A DNA stretch of 64,000 nt from an uncultured Acetobacteraceae bacterium (GCA_903907955.1 CAIVPZ010000016.1:123917-187916); one strand, 5' to 3'. Positions 38,330 through 49,449 are shown, numbered from the stretch's first letter. Translations and numbers: made by a program. The notes: a model not told the origin generated them from the letters alone.

Positions 38330-39498
38330 GCCCGCCGGCCGTCATCCCCGCCCGGCTGCCCGGGTCGGCGCCGCCCGGGACCGGTGAGGCCTGGGCCGAC
38401 GAGAACGGGCGCGGAACGACCCGCATGCAGCGGCTGGCGATCCTGGCCGCGCTGCTGGTGGGCATCTGGGTGTTGCTGCAACTGTTCGCCGCGGTGCTGC
38501 TGCCGTTCGTGGCGGCGGCCGGGACCGCCTATTTCCTCGACCCGCTGGCCAGCCGGCTGACCCGGGTCGGCGTGCCGCGCGGGGCGGCGGCGCTGCTGAT
38601 GATCGTGGCGCTGATGGCGGTCGGGTTGCTGTTCGCCCTGCTGCTGTATCCGCTCATTCTGGCGCAGATCGGCGTGCTGATCAGTCGTTTGCCCGCCTAT
38701 GTCGGCGCGATCCGCGGCTTTGCCACCGACGTGATCACCCATTTGCAGGAGCGGCTGGGGCCGGAATTCGTTGACGAGAAATTGCGCGACCTGGTGGCCG
38801 GGCAGGCCGGGGCGATGCTGGCGGTGGTGGTGACGGCGATCAGCCGGCTGATCGGCGGCAGCTTTGCGCTGTTCAACGTGATGACGCTGCTGCTGGTGAC
38901 GCCGGTGGTGGCGTTCTACCTGCTGCGCGACTGGCCTGTGCTGCTTGAGCAGATCGACGGCTGGCTGCCGCGCCGCTATGCCGGCGCGCTGCGGGAGCAG
39001 GGGCGCGAGGTGGACCGCATCCTGTCGGCCTGGCTGCGGGGGCAGGCGATGTGCTGCATCGTGCTGGCGTTGTTCTATGCCACTGCGTTGTCGGTGGTGG
39101 GGCTTGATCTCGGCCTGATCGTCGGGCTGGCGGCCGGGGCGCTGTCGTTCATCCCCTATGTGGGCACGATCACCGGGGCGGTGACCTCGATCGGGCTGGC
39201 CCTGGCGCAGTTCGCCACCTGGACCGAGGTGCTGATGGTGGTGGGGGTCTTCATCGCCGGGCAGAGCCTGGAGGGTTACGTGATCTACCCGCGCTTCCTG
39301 GGCGACCGGGTGGAACTGCACGCGGTGTGGGTGATCTTCGCGTTGTTCGCCGGCGGGGCGGCGTTCGGCTTCGTCGGCGTGTTGCTGGCGGTGCCGGTTG
39401 CGGCGGTGATCGGCGTGCTGTGCCGGTTCTGGCTGCGCCGCTACCTGCAGAGCCCGCTGTACCTGGAACCGCCATCGCGGCAGGAGAATGAGCTCTGA
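38326..39498 (+). CDS. AI-2E family transporter (PerM/YhhT-like permease)
   Basis: About 8 TM helices. Start overlaps the pgsA-like stop (ATGA). Typical AI-2E C-terminal region GLLLAVPVAAVIGVL. In frame within track ORF 37843..39498. Confidence 0.7.
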   Translation: MSPPAVIPARLPGSAPPGTGEAWADENGRGTTRMQRLAILAALLVGIWVLLQLFAAVLLPFVAAAGTAYFLDPLASRLTRVGVPRGAAALLMIVALMAVGLLFALLLYPLILAQIGVLISRLPAYVGAIRGFATDVITHLQERLGPEFVDEKLRDLVAGQAGAMLAVVVTAISRLIGGSFALFNVMTLLLVTPVVAFYLLRDWPVLLEQIDGWLPRRYAGALREQGREVDRILSAWLRGQAMCCIVLALFYATALSVVGLDLGLIVGLAAGALSFIPYVGTITGAVTSIGLALAQFATWTEVLMVVGVFIAGQSLEGYVIYPRFLGDRVELHAVWVIFALFAGGAAFGFVGVLLAVPVAAVIGVLCRFWLRRYLQSPLYLEPPSRQENEL

Positions 39499-39527
39499 GC
39501 GATTCCGCCCTGGGTGGTGTTGTCCCG

Positions 39528-40256
39528 ATGCCGCGCCAACTGGCGCTGCCGTTTCCGCACGCGCTGCACTTCCGGGCGGAGGAGTTCCTGGCGGCCGCTT
39601 CCAATGCCGAGGCGCTGGAATGGCTGCGCAATACCGGGTCGTGGCCATTGGGGCGGTTGGCACTTTGGGGGCCGGAGGGGTGCGGCAAGACCCATCTGCT
39701 GCATCTTTGGGCGCAGCAGCATGGCGCCGACCTGCTGGCGGGGCCGCTGCTGGCGGCGCGGCTGCCGGAGGGACCGGTGGCGGTGGATGATGCGGACGCG
39801 GCACCGGAGCGGCCGTTGCTGCACCTGCTGAACGCTGCCGGCGAGGCAGGGCTGCCGGTGTTGCTGGCCGGTCGGGCAGCGCCGGCGCGGTGGAACCCGG
39901 CGCTGCCCGATCTCGCCAGCCGGTTGCGCGCGACCACCGCGGTGCGGATTGGCCCGGCAGAGGATGAATTGCTGCGCAGCCTGCTGGCGCGGTTGCTGGC
40001 CGAGCGGCAACTGGCGGTCGTCGAGCCCCTGCAGGACTGGCTGAGGCTGCGCCTGCCGCGCTCGCAGGCGGCGATCCGGGAGGCGGTGGCCCGGCTGGAC
40101 CATGCCGCGCTGGCCTCCGGCGGGCGGGTTACCCGGGCGCTCGCCCAGGCCGTCGCGGCGGGGCTGCAGGGGGAGGGGTCGGCAGACTGGCCGGAGGATG
40201 ACGTTTTCGCCAATTCTGGTGTGATCGCCTCGCCGGGGGCGGGCATGCTCCTGTAG
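39528..40256 (+). CDS. hdaA: DnaA-related regulatory inactivator HdaA
   Basis: QLALPFPHALHFRAEEFLAAASNAEALEWL...LALWGPEGCGKTHLLHL: Walker A in a DnaA-like AAA+ core, short N-terminus as in Hda. 242 aa. Confidence 0.65.
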   Translation: MPRQLALPFPHALHFRAEEFLAAASNAEALEWLRNTGSWPLGRLALWGPEGCGKTHLLHLWAQQHGADLLAGPLLAARLPEGPVAVDDADAAPERPLLHLLNAAGEAGLPVLLAGRAAPARWNPALPDLASRLRATTAVRIGPAEDELLRSLLARLLAERQLAVVEPLQDWLRLRLPRSQAAIREAVARLDHAALASGGRVTRALAQAVAAGLQGEGSADWPEDDVFANSGVIASPGAGMLL

Positions 40257-40265
40257 GGTTGGCGG

Positions 40266-42512
40266 ATGAACCAGTTCGATTCCATGCATGTTCCGGGGCC
40301 CGGCGCGACCGTTGCGGTTCCCGATGTGTTGCTCGCCACGCCGGTGGAGACTCCGGCCGGGGCGGGGATTGCGGCAACCGACCCGGAGCGGTTCATCAAC
40401 CGCGAGCTGTCCTGGCTGGACTTCAACCAGCGCGTGCTGGAGGAGGCGGAGAATCCGCGCCACCCGCTGCTGGAACGGCTGCGCTTCGTGTCCATCAGTG
40501 CCGCCAACCTGGACGAGTTCTGGTCGGTGCGCGTGGCCGGGCTGATCGGGCAGGCGAAGGCGGGGGTGACCGCGCCCTCGCCGGACGGGCGCACGCCGGC
40601 GCAGCAATTGCAGGAGGTGGAGGCGCGGGCGCAGCGGCTGATGGCCGATCAGCACCGGGTTTGGGTGCAGCTCCGCGGGCTGCTGGCCGGCGCCGGGATC
40701 GAGCTGTGCGAGCCGACGACGCTGAGCGGCATTGACAGCCAGTGGCTCGAGATCTGGTTCATGGAGCGGGTGTTCCCGGTGCTGACGCCGCTGGCGGTGG
40801 ACCCGGCGCACCCGTTTCCGTTCATTCCCAACATGGGCCTGGTGATGGCGCTGGCGCTGGAGCGGGTCGAGGACGCGCACCGGATGCGCGCGCTGATCCC
40901 GTTGCCGAGCCAGATCGAGCGCTTCGTGCGGCTGCCCGCCGGTGGCGGGCCGATCCGCTTCGTCATGCTGGAGCATCTGGTGGTGCTGTTCCTGCACCGG
41001 CTGTTTCCGGGCTTCCGGTTGCGGGGCCACGGGATGTTCCGGCTGATCCGCGACACCGACGTGGAATACGAGGAGGAGGCGGAGGACCTGGTGCGGTCCT
41101 ACGAAACCGCGTTGAAGCGGCGGCGGCGGGGGGTGGCGATCCACCTGTCGGTCGAGGCGGCGATGCCGGTGCATCTGCGCGAGCTGGTGATCGACGAGCT
41201 GGAGGCGTCGAGCCAGGACGTCTACACGCAGGATGGCATTCTTGGGATCGCGGACCTCAAGCAGCTGATCGTCGATGACCGGCCGGATCTGCTGTTCCTG
41301 CCCTATACGCCGCGCTTCCCCGAGCGGATCCGGGATTTCGCCGGGGACTGCTTCGCCGCGATCCGCGCCAAGGACATCATCGTTCACCACCCGTTCGAGA
41401 GCTTTGACGTGGTGGTGCAGTTCCTGCGCCAGGCCGCGCAGGACCCTAGCGTGGTGGCGGTGAAGCAGACGCTGTACCGCACCAGCCGCGACAGCCCGAT
41501 CGTCAAGGCGCTGATCGAGGCGGCGGAGGCCGGCAAGTCGGTCACCGCCCTGGTGGAACTGCGCGCGCGGTTTGACGAGGAGGCGAACATCCGGCTGGCG
41601 CGGTCGCTGGAATCGGCCGGGGTGCAGGTGGTGTATGGGTTCACCCAGCTGAAGACGCACGCCAAGCTGAGCCTGGTGGTGCGCCGCGAGGGTGGGACCG
41701 TGCGGTCCTATGCGCATTTCGGCACCGGCAACTACCACCCGATCACCGCGCGCATCTACACCGACCTGTCGTTCTTCACCTGCGACCCCGACCTGACGCG
41801 CGATTCGGCGCGGCTGTTCAACTATATGACCGGCTATGCGCGGCCGGAGCGGATGGACGCGGTGGCGTTCAGCCCGCTCACCATCCGGCCCACGCTGGAG
41901 CAGATGATCGACCGCGAAATCGCGTTCGCGCGGGAGGGGCGGCCGGCGACGATCTGGCTGAAGCTGAACAGCCTGGTGGACGACGCGCTGATCGACCGGC
42001 TGTATGCCGCTTCGTGCGCCGGGGTGAAGGTGCTGGCGGTGGTGCGCGGCATCTGCTGCCTGCGGCCCGGCGTGCCGGGGTTGTCGGACAATATCCGGGT
42101 GAAGTCGATCGTCGGCCGCTTCCTGGAGCACAGCCGGATCTGCGCCTTCGGCAACGGCCACAGGCTGCCGAGCCGGCATGCCCGGGTCTTTATCAGTTCG
42201 GCGGACTGGATGACCCGCAACATGGACTGGCGGGTGGAGACGCTGGTGCCGATCCACAATGAAACCGTGCACCGGCAGGTGCTGGACCAGATCATGGTGG
42301 TGAACCTGCGCGACACGGAGCAGTCCTGGGAGCTGGGAGCCGACGCGGCGTGGCGCCGCGTCGGGCCGGTGCTGGCGCGCAAGCGGGTGTCGGCGCATGA
42401 CTATTTCATGACCAACCCGTCGCTGTCGGGCCGCGGTTCGGCGCTGCACGGCACGGGGGTGGCGGGGGCCGCGGAGACGTTGCGGCGGCAGGATCGGATG
42501 TTGGAAGACTGA
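40266..42512 (+). CDS. ppk: polyphosphate kinase 1
   Basis: N-terminal [19 protein letters not shown]...[17 protein letters not shown], and the two PLD-like HKD C-terminal domains (HAKLSLVV...). Confidence 0.85.
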   Translation: MNQFDSMHVPGPGATVAVPDVLLATPVETPAGAGIAATDPERFINRELSWLDFNQRVLEEAENPRHPLLERLRFVSISAANLDEFWSVRVAGLIGQAKAGVTAPSPDGRTPAQQLQEVEARAQRLMADQHRVWVQLRGLLAGAGIELCEPTTLSGIDSQWLEIWFMERVFPVLTPLAVDPAHPFPFIPNMGLVMALALERVEDAHRMRALIPLPSQIERFVRLPAGGGPIRFVMLEHLVVLFLHRLFPGFRLRGHGMFRLIRDTDVEYEEEAEDLVRSYETALKRRRRGVAIHLSVEAAMPVHLRELVIDELEASSQDVYTQDGILGIADLKQLIVDDRPDLLFLPYTPRFPERIRDFAGDCFAAIRAKDIIVHHPFESFDVVVQFLRQAAQDPSVVAVKQTLYRTSRDSPIVKALIEAAEAGKSVTALVELRARFDEEANIRLARSLESAGVQVVYGFTQLKTHAKLSLVVRREGGTVRSYAHFGTGNYHPITARIYTDLSFFTCDPDLTRDSARLFNYMTGYARPERMDAVAFSPLTIRPTLEQMIDREIAFAREGRPATIWLKLNSLVDDALIDRLYAASCAGVKVLAVVRGICCLRPGVPGLSDNIRVKSIVGRFLEHSRICAFGNGHRLPSRHARVFISSADWMTRNMDWRVETLVPIHNETVHRQVLDQIMVVNLRDTEQSWELGADAAWRRVGPVLARKRVSAHDYFMTNPSLSGRGSALHGTGVAGAAETLRRQDRMLED

Positions 42513-42617
42513 TGCCGCCGGTGTCGCGCGCCGGGATGGCGGGGCGGTCGCGCGCCAGAACCAGCAGAAGAAGGGGATTGACGCGCATGCGCGAGCCGGG
42601 CACGCGTTCCGCCTGAC

Positions 42618-44135
42618 ATGCCATACACGCCGCCCCCCGACCTTCCGCGCTGCGCCATGGTCGATCTCGGTTCGAATTCCGTTCGCCTGGTTATCTACGA
42701 GGGGCGCGGCCGTAATCCGGTGGCGATCTTCAACGAGAAGGCGGTGCTGCGGCTGGGCCGCGGGCTGCAGTCCACCGGCCTGCTGAACGCCGAGGGAGAA
42801 GCGGCGGCGCTGACGGTGATGAACCGCTACAAGGCCATCGCGCAGGCCATGGGGGCGCAGCCGTTCGAGGTGCTGGGAACCGCCGCGGTGCGCGATGCCG
42901 AGAACGGCCGGGCCTTCGTGGCGACCCTGCAGGCGCGGATGCCGGGCGTGCCGGTCCGCATTCTGTCCGGCGAGGAGGAGGCGGCGCTGGCCGCCGAGGG
43001 ATTGCTGTGCGGCATCCCGACCGCCGACGGCATCCTGGCTGATATCGGCGGCGGCTCGCTGGAGCTGGTGCGGCTGGAGCGCGGGCAGCGCGGGGTGGCG
43101 AAGACGCTGCGCCTGGGGGTGATCCGGCTGGCCGAGCGGTGCGGCGGCGATCTCGCGCAGGCGCGCGCGATGGTGGAGGCCGACCTGGCGGGGGTGCCCT
43201 GGCTGGCGGAGGCTGCCGGGCGCGATCTGTATCTGGTGGGCGGGGCGTGGCGGGCGCTGGCGCGCATCCACATCGCCCAGACCAGCTATCCGCTGAACAT
43301 GGTGCACCATTACACCATCGGGCGTGAGGAGGCGCGCGACCTGACCGGGGTGGTTGCCGGGGCATCGCGCCGCGCGTTGGAGCGCATGCCCGGGGTGCCG
43401 CGGCGGCGGATCGATGACCTGCCGTTCGCCGCGGTGGTCCTGCGCCGGGTGTTGCGCAGCACCGGGGCGCGGCGCGTGGTGTTCAGCGCCAACGGGCTGC
43501 ACGAGGGCTGGTACGCCTGCCTGCTGTCGCCGGCGGAGCGGGCACGGGACCCGCTGCTGGCGGCGGGACAGGAAGCCGCGCGCCGGTTCGGCCGCGACCC
43601 GGCATTGCCGCCGGCGCTGCTGGCGTGGACCGACCCGCTGTTTCCCGGCGAGGCCGGTGAGGCGCGGCGGTTGCGCGAAGCGGCGTGCTGGATGTCGGAT
43701 ATCGGTAGCCATGAGCACCCGGAATACCGGGCCGAGCAGGCTTTCCTGCGCGTGCTTCGGCTGTCCAGCATCGGGCTGGACCACCATGCGCGCGCCTTCC
43801 TGGGGCTGACGCTGGCGCTGCGCTATGAGGCCGAGCCGGGCGCGGCGTTTCTGGCCACCGCGGACATGCTGCTGGGTGAGGAAGCGAAGCGCCGGGCGAC
43901 CATCCTGGGGGTGGCGATGCGGCTGGCCTACACGCTTTCGGCCGGCACGCCGGACCTGCTGACGGGGACGCAACTGCTGGTGAGCGACCTGCTGACGTTG
44001 CGGCTGGCCGAGGACACCGGTGTGTTTTCCGGCGACAACCTGACGCGGCGGCTGGAACGGCTGGGTGAGGCGATGGGGCTGCAAACGACGACCGAGGTGG
44101 CGCCGCTGGCCGCCGCAGATCGGCCGGCGGCTTAG
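42618..44135 (+). CDS. ppx: exopolyphosphatase / guanosine pentaphosphate phosphohydrolase (Ppx/GppA family)
   Basis: MVDLGSNSVRLVIYE ASKHA-fold N-terminus, DIGGGSLEL, and a C-terminal HD-like region. Confidence 0.8.
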   Translation: MPYTPPPDLPRCAMVDLGSNSVRLVIYEGRGRNPVAIFNEKAVLRLGRGLQSTGLLNAEGEAAALTVMNRYKAIAQAMGAQPFEVLGTAAVRDAENGRAFVATLQARMPGVPVRILSGEEEAALAAEGLLCGIPTADGILADIGGGSLELVRLERGQRGVAKTLRLGVIRLAERCGGDLAQARAMVEADLAGVPWLAEAAGRDLYLVGGAWRALARIHIAQTSYPLNMVHHYTIGREEARDLTGVVAGASRRALERMPGVPRRRIDDLPFAAVVLRRVLRSTGARRVVFSANGLHEGWYACLLSPAERARDPLLAAGQEAARRFGRDPALPPALLAWTDPLFPGEAGEARRLREAACWMSDIGSHEHPEYRAEQAFLRVLRLSSIGLDHHARAFLGLTLALRYEAEPGAAFLATADMLLGEEAKRRATILGVAMRLAYTLSAGTPDLLTGTQLLVSDLLTLRLAEDTGVFSGDNLTRRLERLGEAMGLQTTTEVAPLAAADRPAA

Positions 44136-44188
44136 AGCGCTTGCAGGCTGACCGTAAACGGTCAGCGCGCTCTAGCTCTTTGTTTTGG
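44133..44188 (+). terminator. intrinsic terminator of ppx
   Basis: TAGAGCGC..CTGACCG-taaa-CGGTCAG..GCGCTCTA hairpin starting in the ppx stop codon, followed by GCTCTTTGTTTTGG. Confidence 0.5.
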
Positions 44189-44338
44189 CGAGCAACTTTA
44201 TCGGCCGGCTGTCGCTGGTCTGGCCGATGTTGCTCTAGCGAACCATCGGCCAGACCGGTCGATTCAGGTGCGTGCCGGGACCAGGCGCAGAAGCGCGGCG
44301 GCCGATGACAGCCAGCTTGAACAGGCTCCAGGCCGGGG

Positions 44339-45526
44339 TCAGTTCGCCGCCGCGATCAGCTTGATGCGCTTGCCTTCCACCCCGAGGGCGATGCGGCCCT
44401 GCTTGAGCGCCTGGGCGTCGGCGCCGAACACCTCATGGCGCCAGCCGTGCAGCACCGGCACGTCGGGCGCATCCTCGGATGCAAGGCGGTCGATGTCGTC
44501 GCTGGAGGCGACAAGTTTGGGGGCCACGTGGTGCTGCTCGCATTTGGCGGCGAGCAGCACCTTCAGCAGCGAAACCAGGGCGGGCGACGGGCGCTGGCCG
44601 TCACGCGTGCTGGGGGCTGATGGCAGCGCATCCTCGGGCAGGGCGCGGGCCTCGGCGACGGCGGCGAGCAGGCTGGCGCCGATGCGTCCTTCGGCGAAAC
44701 CGCGGGTGATGCCGCGGGCGCGGGCCAACTGGTCGGGTGTCTCAGGGGCGGTGGCGGAGAGCTCCAGCAGTGTCTCGTCCTTGAGCATCCGGCTGCGCGG
44801 GATGTTGGCGCGCTGGGCCTCGCGCTCGCGCCAGGCGGTGATGGCGCGCAGCACGCCCAGCATGCGGCGGTTGCTGGTGCGCGGGCGCAGCCGCTCCCAC
44901 AGCACTTCGGGGTCGGGGCGGTAGGTCGCGGGGTCGGCGAGCAGCGCCATCTCCTCGGCCACCCACTCGAGTCGCCCATCCTTCTCCAGCCGTGCCAGCA
45001 GGCGTTCATAGACGCGGCGCAGATGGGTGACGTCGGCGGCGGCGTAGTTGATCTGGGCGGGTGAGAGCGGCCGGGCGGACCAGTCGCTGAAGCGGTGGGC
45101 CTTGTCGATGTGTCCGCCGGTCAGGGCGGAGACGAGGGAGTCGTAGCCGACCTGGTCGCCAAAGCCGGCCACCATGGCGGCGACCTGGGTGTCGAACAGC
45201 GGGCGGGGGACGTCGCCGAAACGGAGGACGAAAATCTCGATGTCCTGCCGGGCGGCGTGGAACACCTTTTCGACCGCGGTGTCGGCGAGCAGGGCGCCGA
45301 GCGGGGCGAGGTCCAGGCCGGGGGCGAGGGCGTCGACCACGGCAACTTCCGATTCGCTGGCAAGCTGGACCACGCAGAGTTCTGGCCAGTATGTGCGCTC
45401 GCGCATGAACTCGGTGTCGACGGTGACGAAACGCTGGGTGCGCAGGCGGGAGCAGAGCACATCCAGCTCGGCGGTGTCGGTGACCAGGAGGGGCGGCGGG
45501 AATTCCGCGCGGGCATTGCGAGGCAT
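44339..45526 (-). CDS. rnd: ribonuclease D
   Basis: DEDDy 3'-5' exonuclease motifs (VTVDTEFMRE and YAAADVTHL), followed by an HRDC domain. Confidence 0.8.
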   Translation of the reverse strand: MPRNARAEFPPPLLVTDTAELDVLCSRLRTQRFVTVDTEFMRERTYWPELCVVQLASESEVAVVDALAPGLDLAPLGALLADTAVEKVFHAARQDIEIFVLRFGDVPRPLFDTQVAAMVAGFGDQVGYDSLVSALTGGHIDKAHRFSDWSARPLSPAQINYAAADVTHLRRVYERLLARLEKDGRLEWVAEEMALLADPATYRPDPEVLWERLRPRTSNRRMLGVLRAITAWREREAQRANIPRSRMLKDETLLELSATAPETPDQLARARGITRGFAEGRIGASLLAAVAEARALPEDALPSAPSTRDGQRPSPALVSLLKVLLAAKCEQHHVAPKLVASSDDIDRLASEDAPDVPVLHGWRHEVFGADAQALKQGRIALGVEGKRIKLIAAAN

Positions 45527-45652
45527 GGATTGGTTCTACACGCCTGAACGGTGCCGAGGAAAGCCGGCCCGTGGAATTGCGACACCGCTGGACACGCTGG
45601 TGCCGCCGTTGTAGCCCCCGCTGCTGACGCGGCATGACAAGGTGAGGGGGCG

Positions 45653-46585
45653 ATGGGAACGACTCTTGAGCACGCTCTGGCCGCGCATGCCGATGTGTGG
45701 ATCGATCTGAACAAGCCGGACGAGGCGCGGCTGTGCGAGGTGGAGGTGGCCACCGGGCTGAGCCTGCCCCGGCTTGAGGACCTGCAGGAGATCGAGAGCT
45801 CCAGCCGGCTCTATGTGGACGGGGGCGCCTTGTTCATGAGTTTCCCGGTGCTCACGCCGTACCTGCCCGGTGAGCCGACGCGGTCGGTGCCGGTGGGCCT
45901 CGTGCTGCAGCCTGGGCGGCTGGTCACGCTGCATTACGCTGACGCGCCGATCTTCGACCAGGCGATCGAGCGGGCGCGGGTCATCGCCCCGCGCGCGAAG
46001 GCCAGCGAGATTTTCGTCACCGTGGTCGAGGAGGTGGTCGAGCGGGTCGCCGACGTGCTGGAGCGGGCCAACGAGGAAATGGACCGGATCAGCCAGCAGA
46101 TATTCCGCGAGGCGCCTGACAAGGGCGGCGTGACCGAGCAGATGCGGCGCACGCTGCGCAGCATCGGGCGGATCGGCGAACTGGTGAGCAAACTGCGGGA
46201 GACCATGCTGGGCATCAGCCGGATGCTGCCGTTCCTGGCCGCCCAGGCCGGCTGGATGGCCGACGAGTTGAAGCCGCGGCTGGAGACGGTGCGGCTCGAT
46301 GTGCGCAGCCTGCTCGACCATGACACCCACCTGAGCCAGCGTGTGCAGTTCCTGCAGGAGGCGACGCTGGGTTTCATCAATATCGAACAGAGCAGCATCA
46401 TCAAGATCATGACGGTGGTGTCGGTCGTGGCCATGCCGCCGACGCTGATCGCCAGCATCTATGGGATGAACTTCGAAAATATGCCCGAGCTGCATTGGGC
46501 GTGGGGATACCCGTTCTCGCTGGCATTGATTGTGATCAGCGCGGTGCTGCCGCTGCTGTGGTTCCGCGCCCGCCGCTGGCTGTGA
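45653..46585 (+). CDS. corA: magnesium/cobalt transporter CorA
   Basis: C-terminal TM1 with the YGMNF signature (IASIYGMNFENMPEL) and a second TM helix. Confidence 0.8.
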   Translation: MGTTLEHALAAHADVWIDLNKPDEARLCEVEVATGLSLPRLEDLQEIESSSRLYVDGGALFMSFPVLTPYLPGEPTRSVPVGLVLQPGRLVTLHYADAPIFDQAIERARVIAPRAKASEIFVTVVEEVVERVADVLERANEEMDRISQQIFREAPDKGGVTEQMRRTLRSIGRIGELVSKLRETMLGISRMLPFLAAQAGWMADELKPRLETVRLDVRSLLDHDTHLSQRVQFLQEATLGFINIEQSSIIKIMTVVSVVAMPPTLIASIYGMNFENMPELHWAWGYPFSLALIVISAVLPLLWFRARRWL

Positions 46586-46592
46586 CCCGGGA

Positions 46593-46644
46593 TTGACGTT
46601 CTCCCTTTGACTTGCGCCCCTTGACTTGCCCCCCCTTGACTTGC
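46593..46644. repeat. four tandem direct repeats containing TTGAC(TTGC) at 14-15 bp spacing in the corA-aspS intergenic region
   Basis: gaTTGACgttctccct, tTTGACTTGCgcccc, TTGACTTGCCcccccc, TTGACTTGCCagggg. Followed by a G-run and the aspS ATG at 46695. Confidence 0.5.
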
Positions 46645-46694
46645 CAGGGGGCGGGGGGTTGTCTGCCGGCCCTCTGAACCCCGGGACGAGCCCC

Positions 46695-48479
46695 ATGCAC
46701 GCCTATCGGACCCATACATGTGGCGCCCTGCGCGCCAGCGACGCCGGCCAGCCTGCCCGCCTGTCGGGATGGGTGCACAGCAAGCGGGACCATGGCGGGC
46801 TGCTGTTCATCGACCTGCGCGACCATTTCGGCATGACGCAGATCGTGTTCGCGGCGGGGTCGGCGGCCTTCGAGACGATGGACCATGTGCGGCCGGAGAG
46901 TGTGATCACGGTGACCGGCACGGTGGTGCTGCGCGAGCCGGGCACGGTGAACCCGAAGCTGCCATCCGGCGAGGTGGAGTTGCGGGCGGCCGAGGTGGTG
47001 GTGCAGTCGGCGGCGGACGTGCTGCCCATGCAAGTGGCGGGCGAGGAGAAGTATCCGGACGAGATCCGCCTGAAATACCGCTTCATCGACCTGCGCCGGG
47101 ACCGCGTGCACCGCAATATGATGCTGCGCGCAGGCGTGATCTCCAGCATCCGCCGGCGCATGATCGAGGCCGGGTTCACCGAGTTCCAGACGCCGATCCT
47201 GACCGCTTCGTCGCCCGAGGGCGCGCGCGACTTCCTGGTGCCGGCACGGCTGCACCCGGGCAAGTTCTATGCGCTGCCGCAGGCGCCGCAGCAGTTCAAG
47301 CAGCTCATCATGGTGGCCGGGTTCGACCGCTACTTCCAGATCGCGCCGTGCTTTCGCGATGAGGCGAGCCGGGCGGACCGCTCGCCAGGCGAGTTCTACC
47401 AGCTTGATTTCGAGATGAGCTACGTCACCCAGGAGGACGTGTTCGCCACCATCGAGCCGGTGATTGCCGGCGTGTTCGAGGAGTTCGCCGAGGGACGCGG
47501 GGTGACCAGGCCGCCGTTTCCGCGGATTCCCTATGAGGAAGCGATGCTGCTCTACGGCACCGACAAGCCGGACCTGCGCAACCCGCTACGGGTGACCGAC
47601 GTGACGGCGCAGTTTGCCGGGTCCGGGTTCGGGCTGTTTGCCAAGATTGCGGCCTCCGGCGGGGTGGTGCGGGCCATTCCGGCGCCGGGCACGGCGGCCA
47701 ATCCGCGCAGCTTCTTCGATAAGCTGAACGAGTGGGCGCGCGAGCAGGGGGCCGGCGGGCTGGGTTATATCGTGTTTGAGGCCGACGGGCCGAAGGGGCC
47801 GATCGCGCGCAACCTGGAGCCGGAACGGGCCGAGGCGATCCGGCTGGCCTGCGGGGTGCAGCCTGGCGATTCGGTGTTCTTTGCCGCCGGCAAGCGCGAC
47901 GAGGCGCCGAAATTTTCGGGGGCGGTGCGCACCAAGCTGGGCCATGATCTCGGGCTGATCGGGCAGGGGCGCTTTGATTTCTGCTGGATCACCGATTTCC
48001 CGATGTACGAGATGAATGAGGAGTCGGGGCAGATCGATTTCAGCCACAACCCGTTCAGCATGCCGCAGGGCGGCATGGAGGCGCTGCTTACGCAGGACCC
48101 GCTGACCATCAAGGCGTTCCAGTACGATATCATCTGCAACGGGGTCGAGCTGTCCTCCGGGGCGATCCGCAACCACCGGGCGGATATCATGGTGAAGGCA
48201 TTCGAGATTGCCGGGTACTCGGCGGACGATGTGGAGGCGCGGTTCGGTGGCATGCTGAACGCATTCCGCTATGGCGCGCCGCCGCATGGCGGATCGGCGC
48301 CGGGGATTGATCGCATCGTCATGCTGCTGGCCGATGAGCCGAACATCCGCGAGGTGATCCTGTTCCCGCTGAACCAGCAGGGCGAGGATCTGATGATGGG
48401 GGCGCCGGCTGGGGTGCCGGCAGCGCGGCTCAAGGAATTGTCGCTGAAGCTCGACTTGCCGCCCAAGGCGAAGGGGTAA
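46695..48479 (+). CDS. aspS: aspartate--tRNA ligase
   Basis: [48 protein letters not shown]-fold N-terminus. Class II motifs FRDE (motif 2) and [14 protein letters not shown] (motif 3). Internal ATG of track ORF 46626..48479. Confidence 0.85.
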   Translation: MHAYRTHTCGALRASDAGQPARLSGWVHSKRDHGGLLFIDLRDHFGMTQIVFAAGSAAFETMDHVRPESVITVTGTVVLREPGTVNPKLPSGEVELRAAEVVVQSAADVLPMQVAGEEKYPDEIRLKYRFIDLRRDRVHRNMMLRAGVISSIRRRMIEAGFTEFQTPILTASSPEGARDFLVPARLHPGKFYALPQAPQQFKQLIMVAGFDRYFQIAPCFRDEASRADRSPGEFYQLDFEMSYVTQEDVFATIEPVIAGVFEEFAEGRGVTRPPFPRIPYEEAMLLYGTDKPDLRNPLRVTDVTAQFAGSGFGLFAKIAASGGVVRAIPAPGTAANPRSFFDKLNEWAREQGAGGLGYIVFEADGPKGPIARNLEPERAEAIRLACGVQPGDSVFFAAGKRDEAPKFSGAVRTKLGHDLGLIGQGRFDFCWITDFPMYEMNEESGQIDFSHNPFSMPQGGMEALLTQDPLTIKAFQYDIICNGVELSSGAIRNHRADIMVKAFEIAGYSADDVEARFGGMLNAFRYGAPPHGGSAPGIDRIVMLLADEPNIREVILFPLNQQGEDLMMGAPAGVPAARLKELSLKLDLPPKAKG

Positions 48480-48654
48480 CTGTCCTGGCCGGCAGGTTTT
48501 GGCGTGTGGCTCCGTCCTTGATCGGCTGACCGCGTCGTAGCCTTCTGGCTTTGGGTGGGGCCCGGGGTAACGCCTTTGGTGGCGCGGCGTCTGCGCGCTG
48601 GCGTTGGCGCGCGACCGTACCTATCTTGCCACGACTGCACCCCGGAGTATCCGC

Positions 48655-49449
48655 ATGCGCTTTCCCGCCCTGACCGTTCTGGCTGCGCTGCTGATCGGCG
48701 TTGTGCCGGCCGCCGCGGCGGACCAGGCCCTGCCGCTGGCTGCTCATCGCGCGCTGTATCAGTTGACGCTGGAGCAGTCGCGCGGCGCCGAGGTGGTGGG
48801 CGCAACCGGAACCATGGCATTCGAGATCCTTGACGCCTGTGATGGCTGGGCGACGCACCAGCGGCTTGAGATGACGGTCAGCAACCGCGACGGCCAGGAT
48901 ATCGAGATGCTGTCAGACTACACGACCTGGGAAAGCAAGGATGGCTTGAGCATGCGATTTCGCATGCGGCAGACCACCGAGTCAGCGGTGACCAGCGAGG
49001 TGGCGGGCGATGCCACGCTGGAACGGCAGGGCGGGCCGGGCGAGGTGCACTACCGTTTGCCTGAGCCGGGCACGAAGATGCTGTCGCCAGGAACGCTGTT
49101 TCCGATGGCCCATACCGAGGCGATACTGGCGGCAGCGCGCGCGGGCAGGAAGTTCATTGCCCTGCCGCTGTTCGATGGCACCGGCGAGAAGGGGGGGCAG
49201 GACAGTTCGGTGACGATCACCGGTTGGGGCGGACCGAAGGCCGGCAAGTGGCCGGAACTCTCGGGACTGTCCAGTGGACGGGTGCACGTTGCCTTCTTTG
49301 ACCGCGATGCCAGTAGCCAGCTGCCTGACTATGAAGTGAGCATGCGCTACTGGGATAATGGCGTGGCGGATGATCTGAGCATGGATTTCGGTGATTTCGT
49401 TATGAAGGGGACACTGAGCAAGCTTGCGATGCTGCAGCCCGGTTGCTGA
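48655..49449 (+). CDS. DUF1849 / cell-envelope-integrity EipB-like periplasmic protein
   Basis: Start MRFPALTVLAALLIGVVPAAAA is a signal peptide. YQLTLEQSRG...FEILDACDGW... matches the DUF1849 family. Function by analogy to Brucella EipB only. Confidence 0.5.
   Translation: MRFPALTVLAALLIGVVPAAAADQALPLAAHRALYQLTLEQSRGAEVVGATGTMAFEILDACDGWATHQRLEMTVSNRDGQDIEMLSDYTTWESKDGLSMRFRMRQTTESAVTSEVAGDATLERQGGPGEVHYRLPEPGTKMLSPGTLFPMAHTEAILAAARAGRKFIALPLFDGTGEKGGQDSSVTITGWGGPKAGKWPELSGLSSGRVHVAFFDRDASSQLPDYEVSMRYWDNGVADDLSMDFGDFVMKGTLSKLAMLQPGC

Noticed and set aside
39441-44084. 1547-aa minus-strand track ORF antisense to hdaA, ppk and ppx; similar long antisense ORFs at 8149..10485, 11730..14240, 20871..22700 and 25161..26894
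   Set aside because: Their translations are Arg/Gly/Pro-rich low-complexity strings with no recognisable domains, and each lies opposite a confidently identified gene. These are typical shadow ORFs of a 70 percent GC genome.
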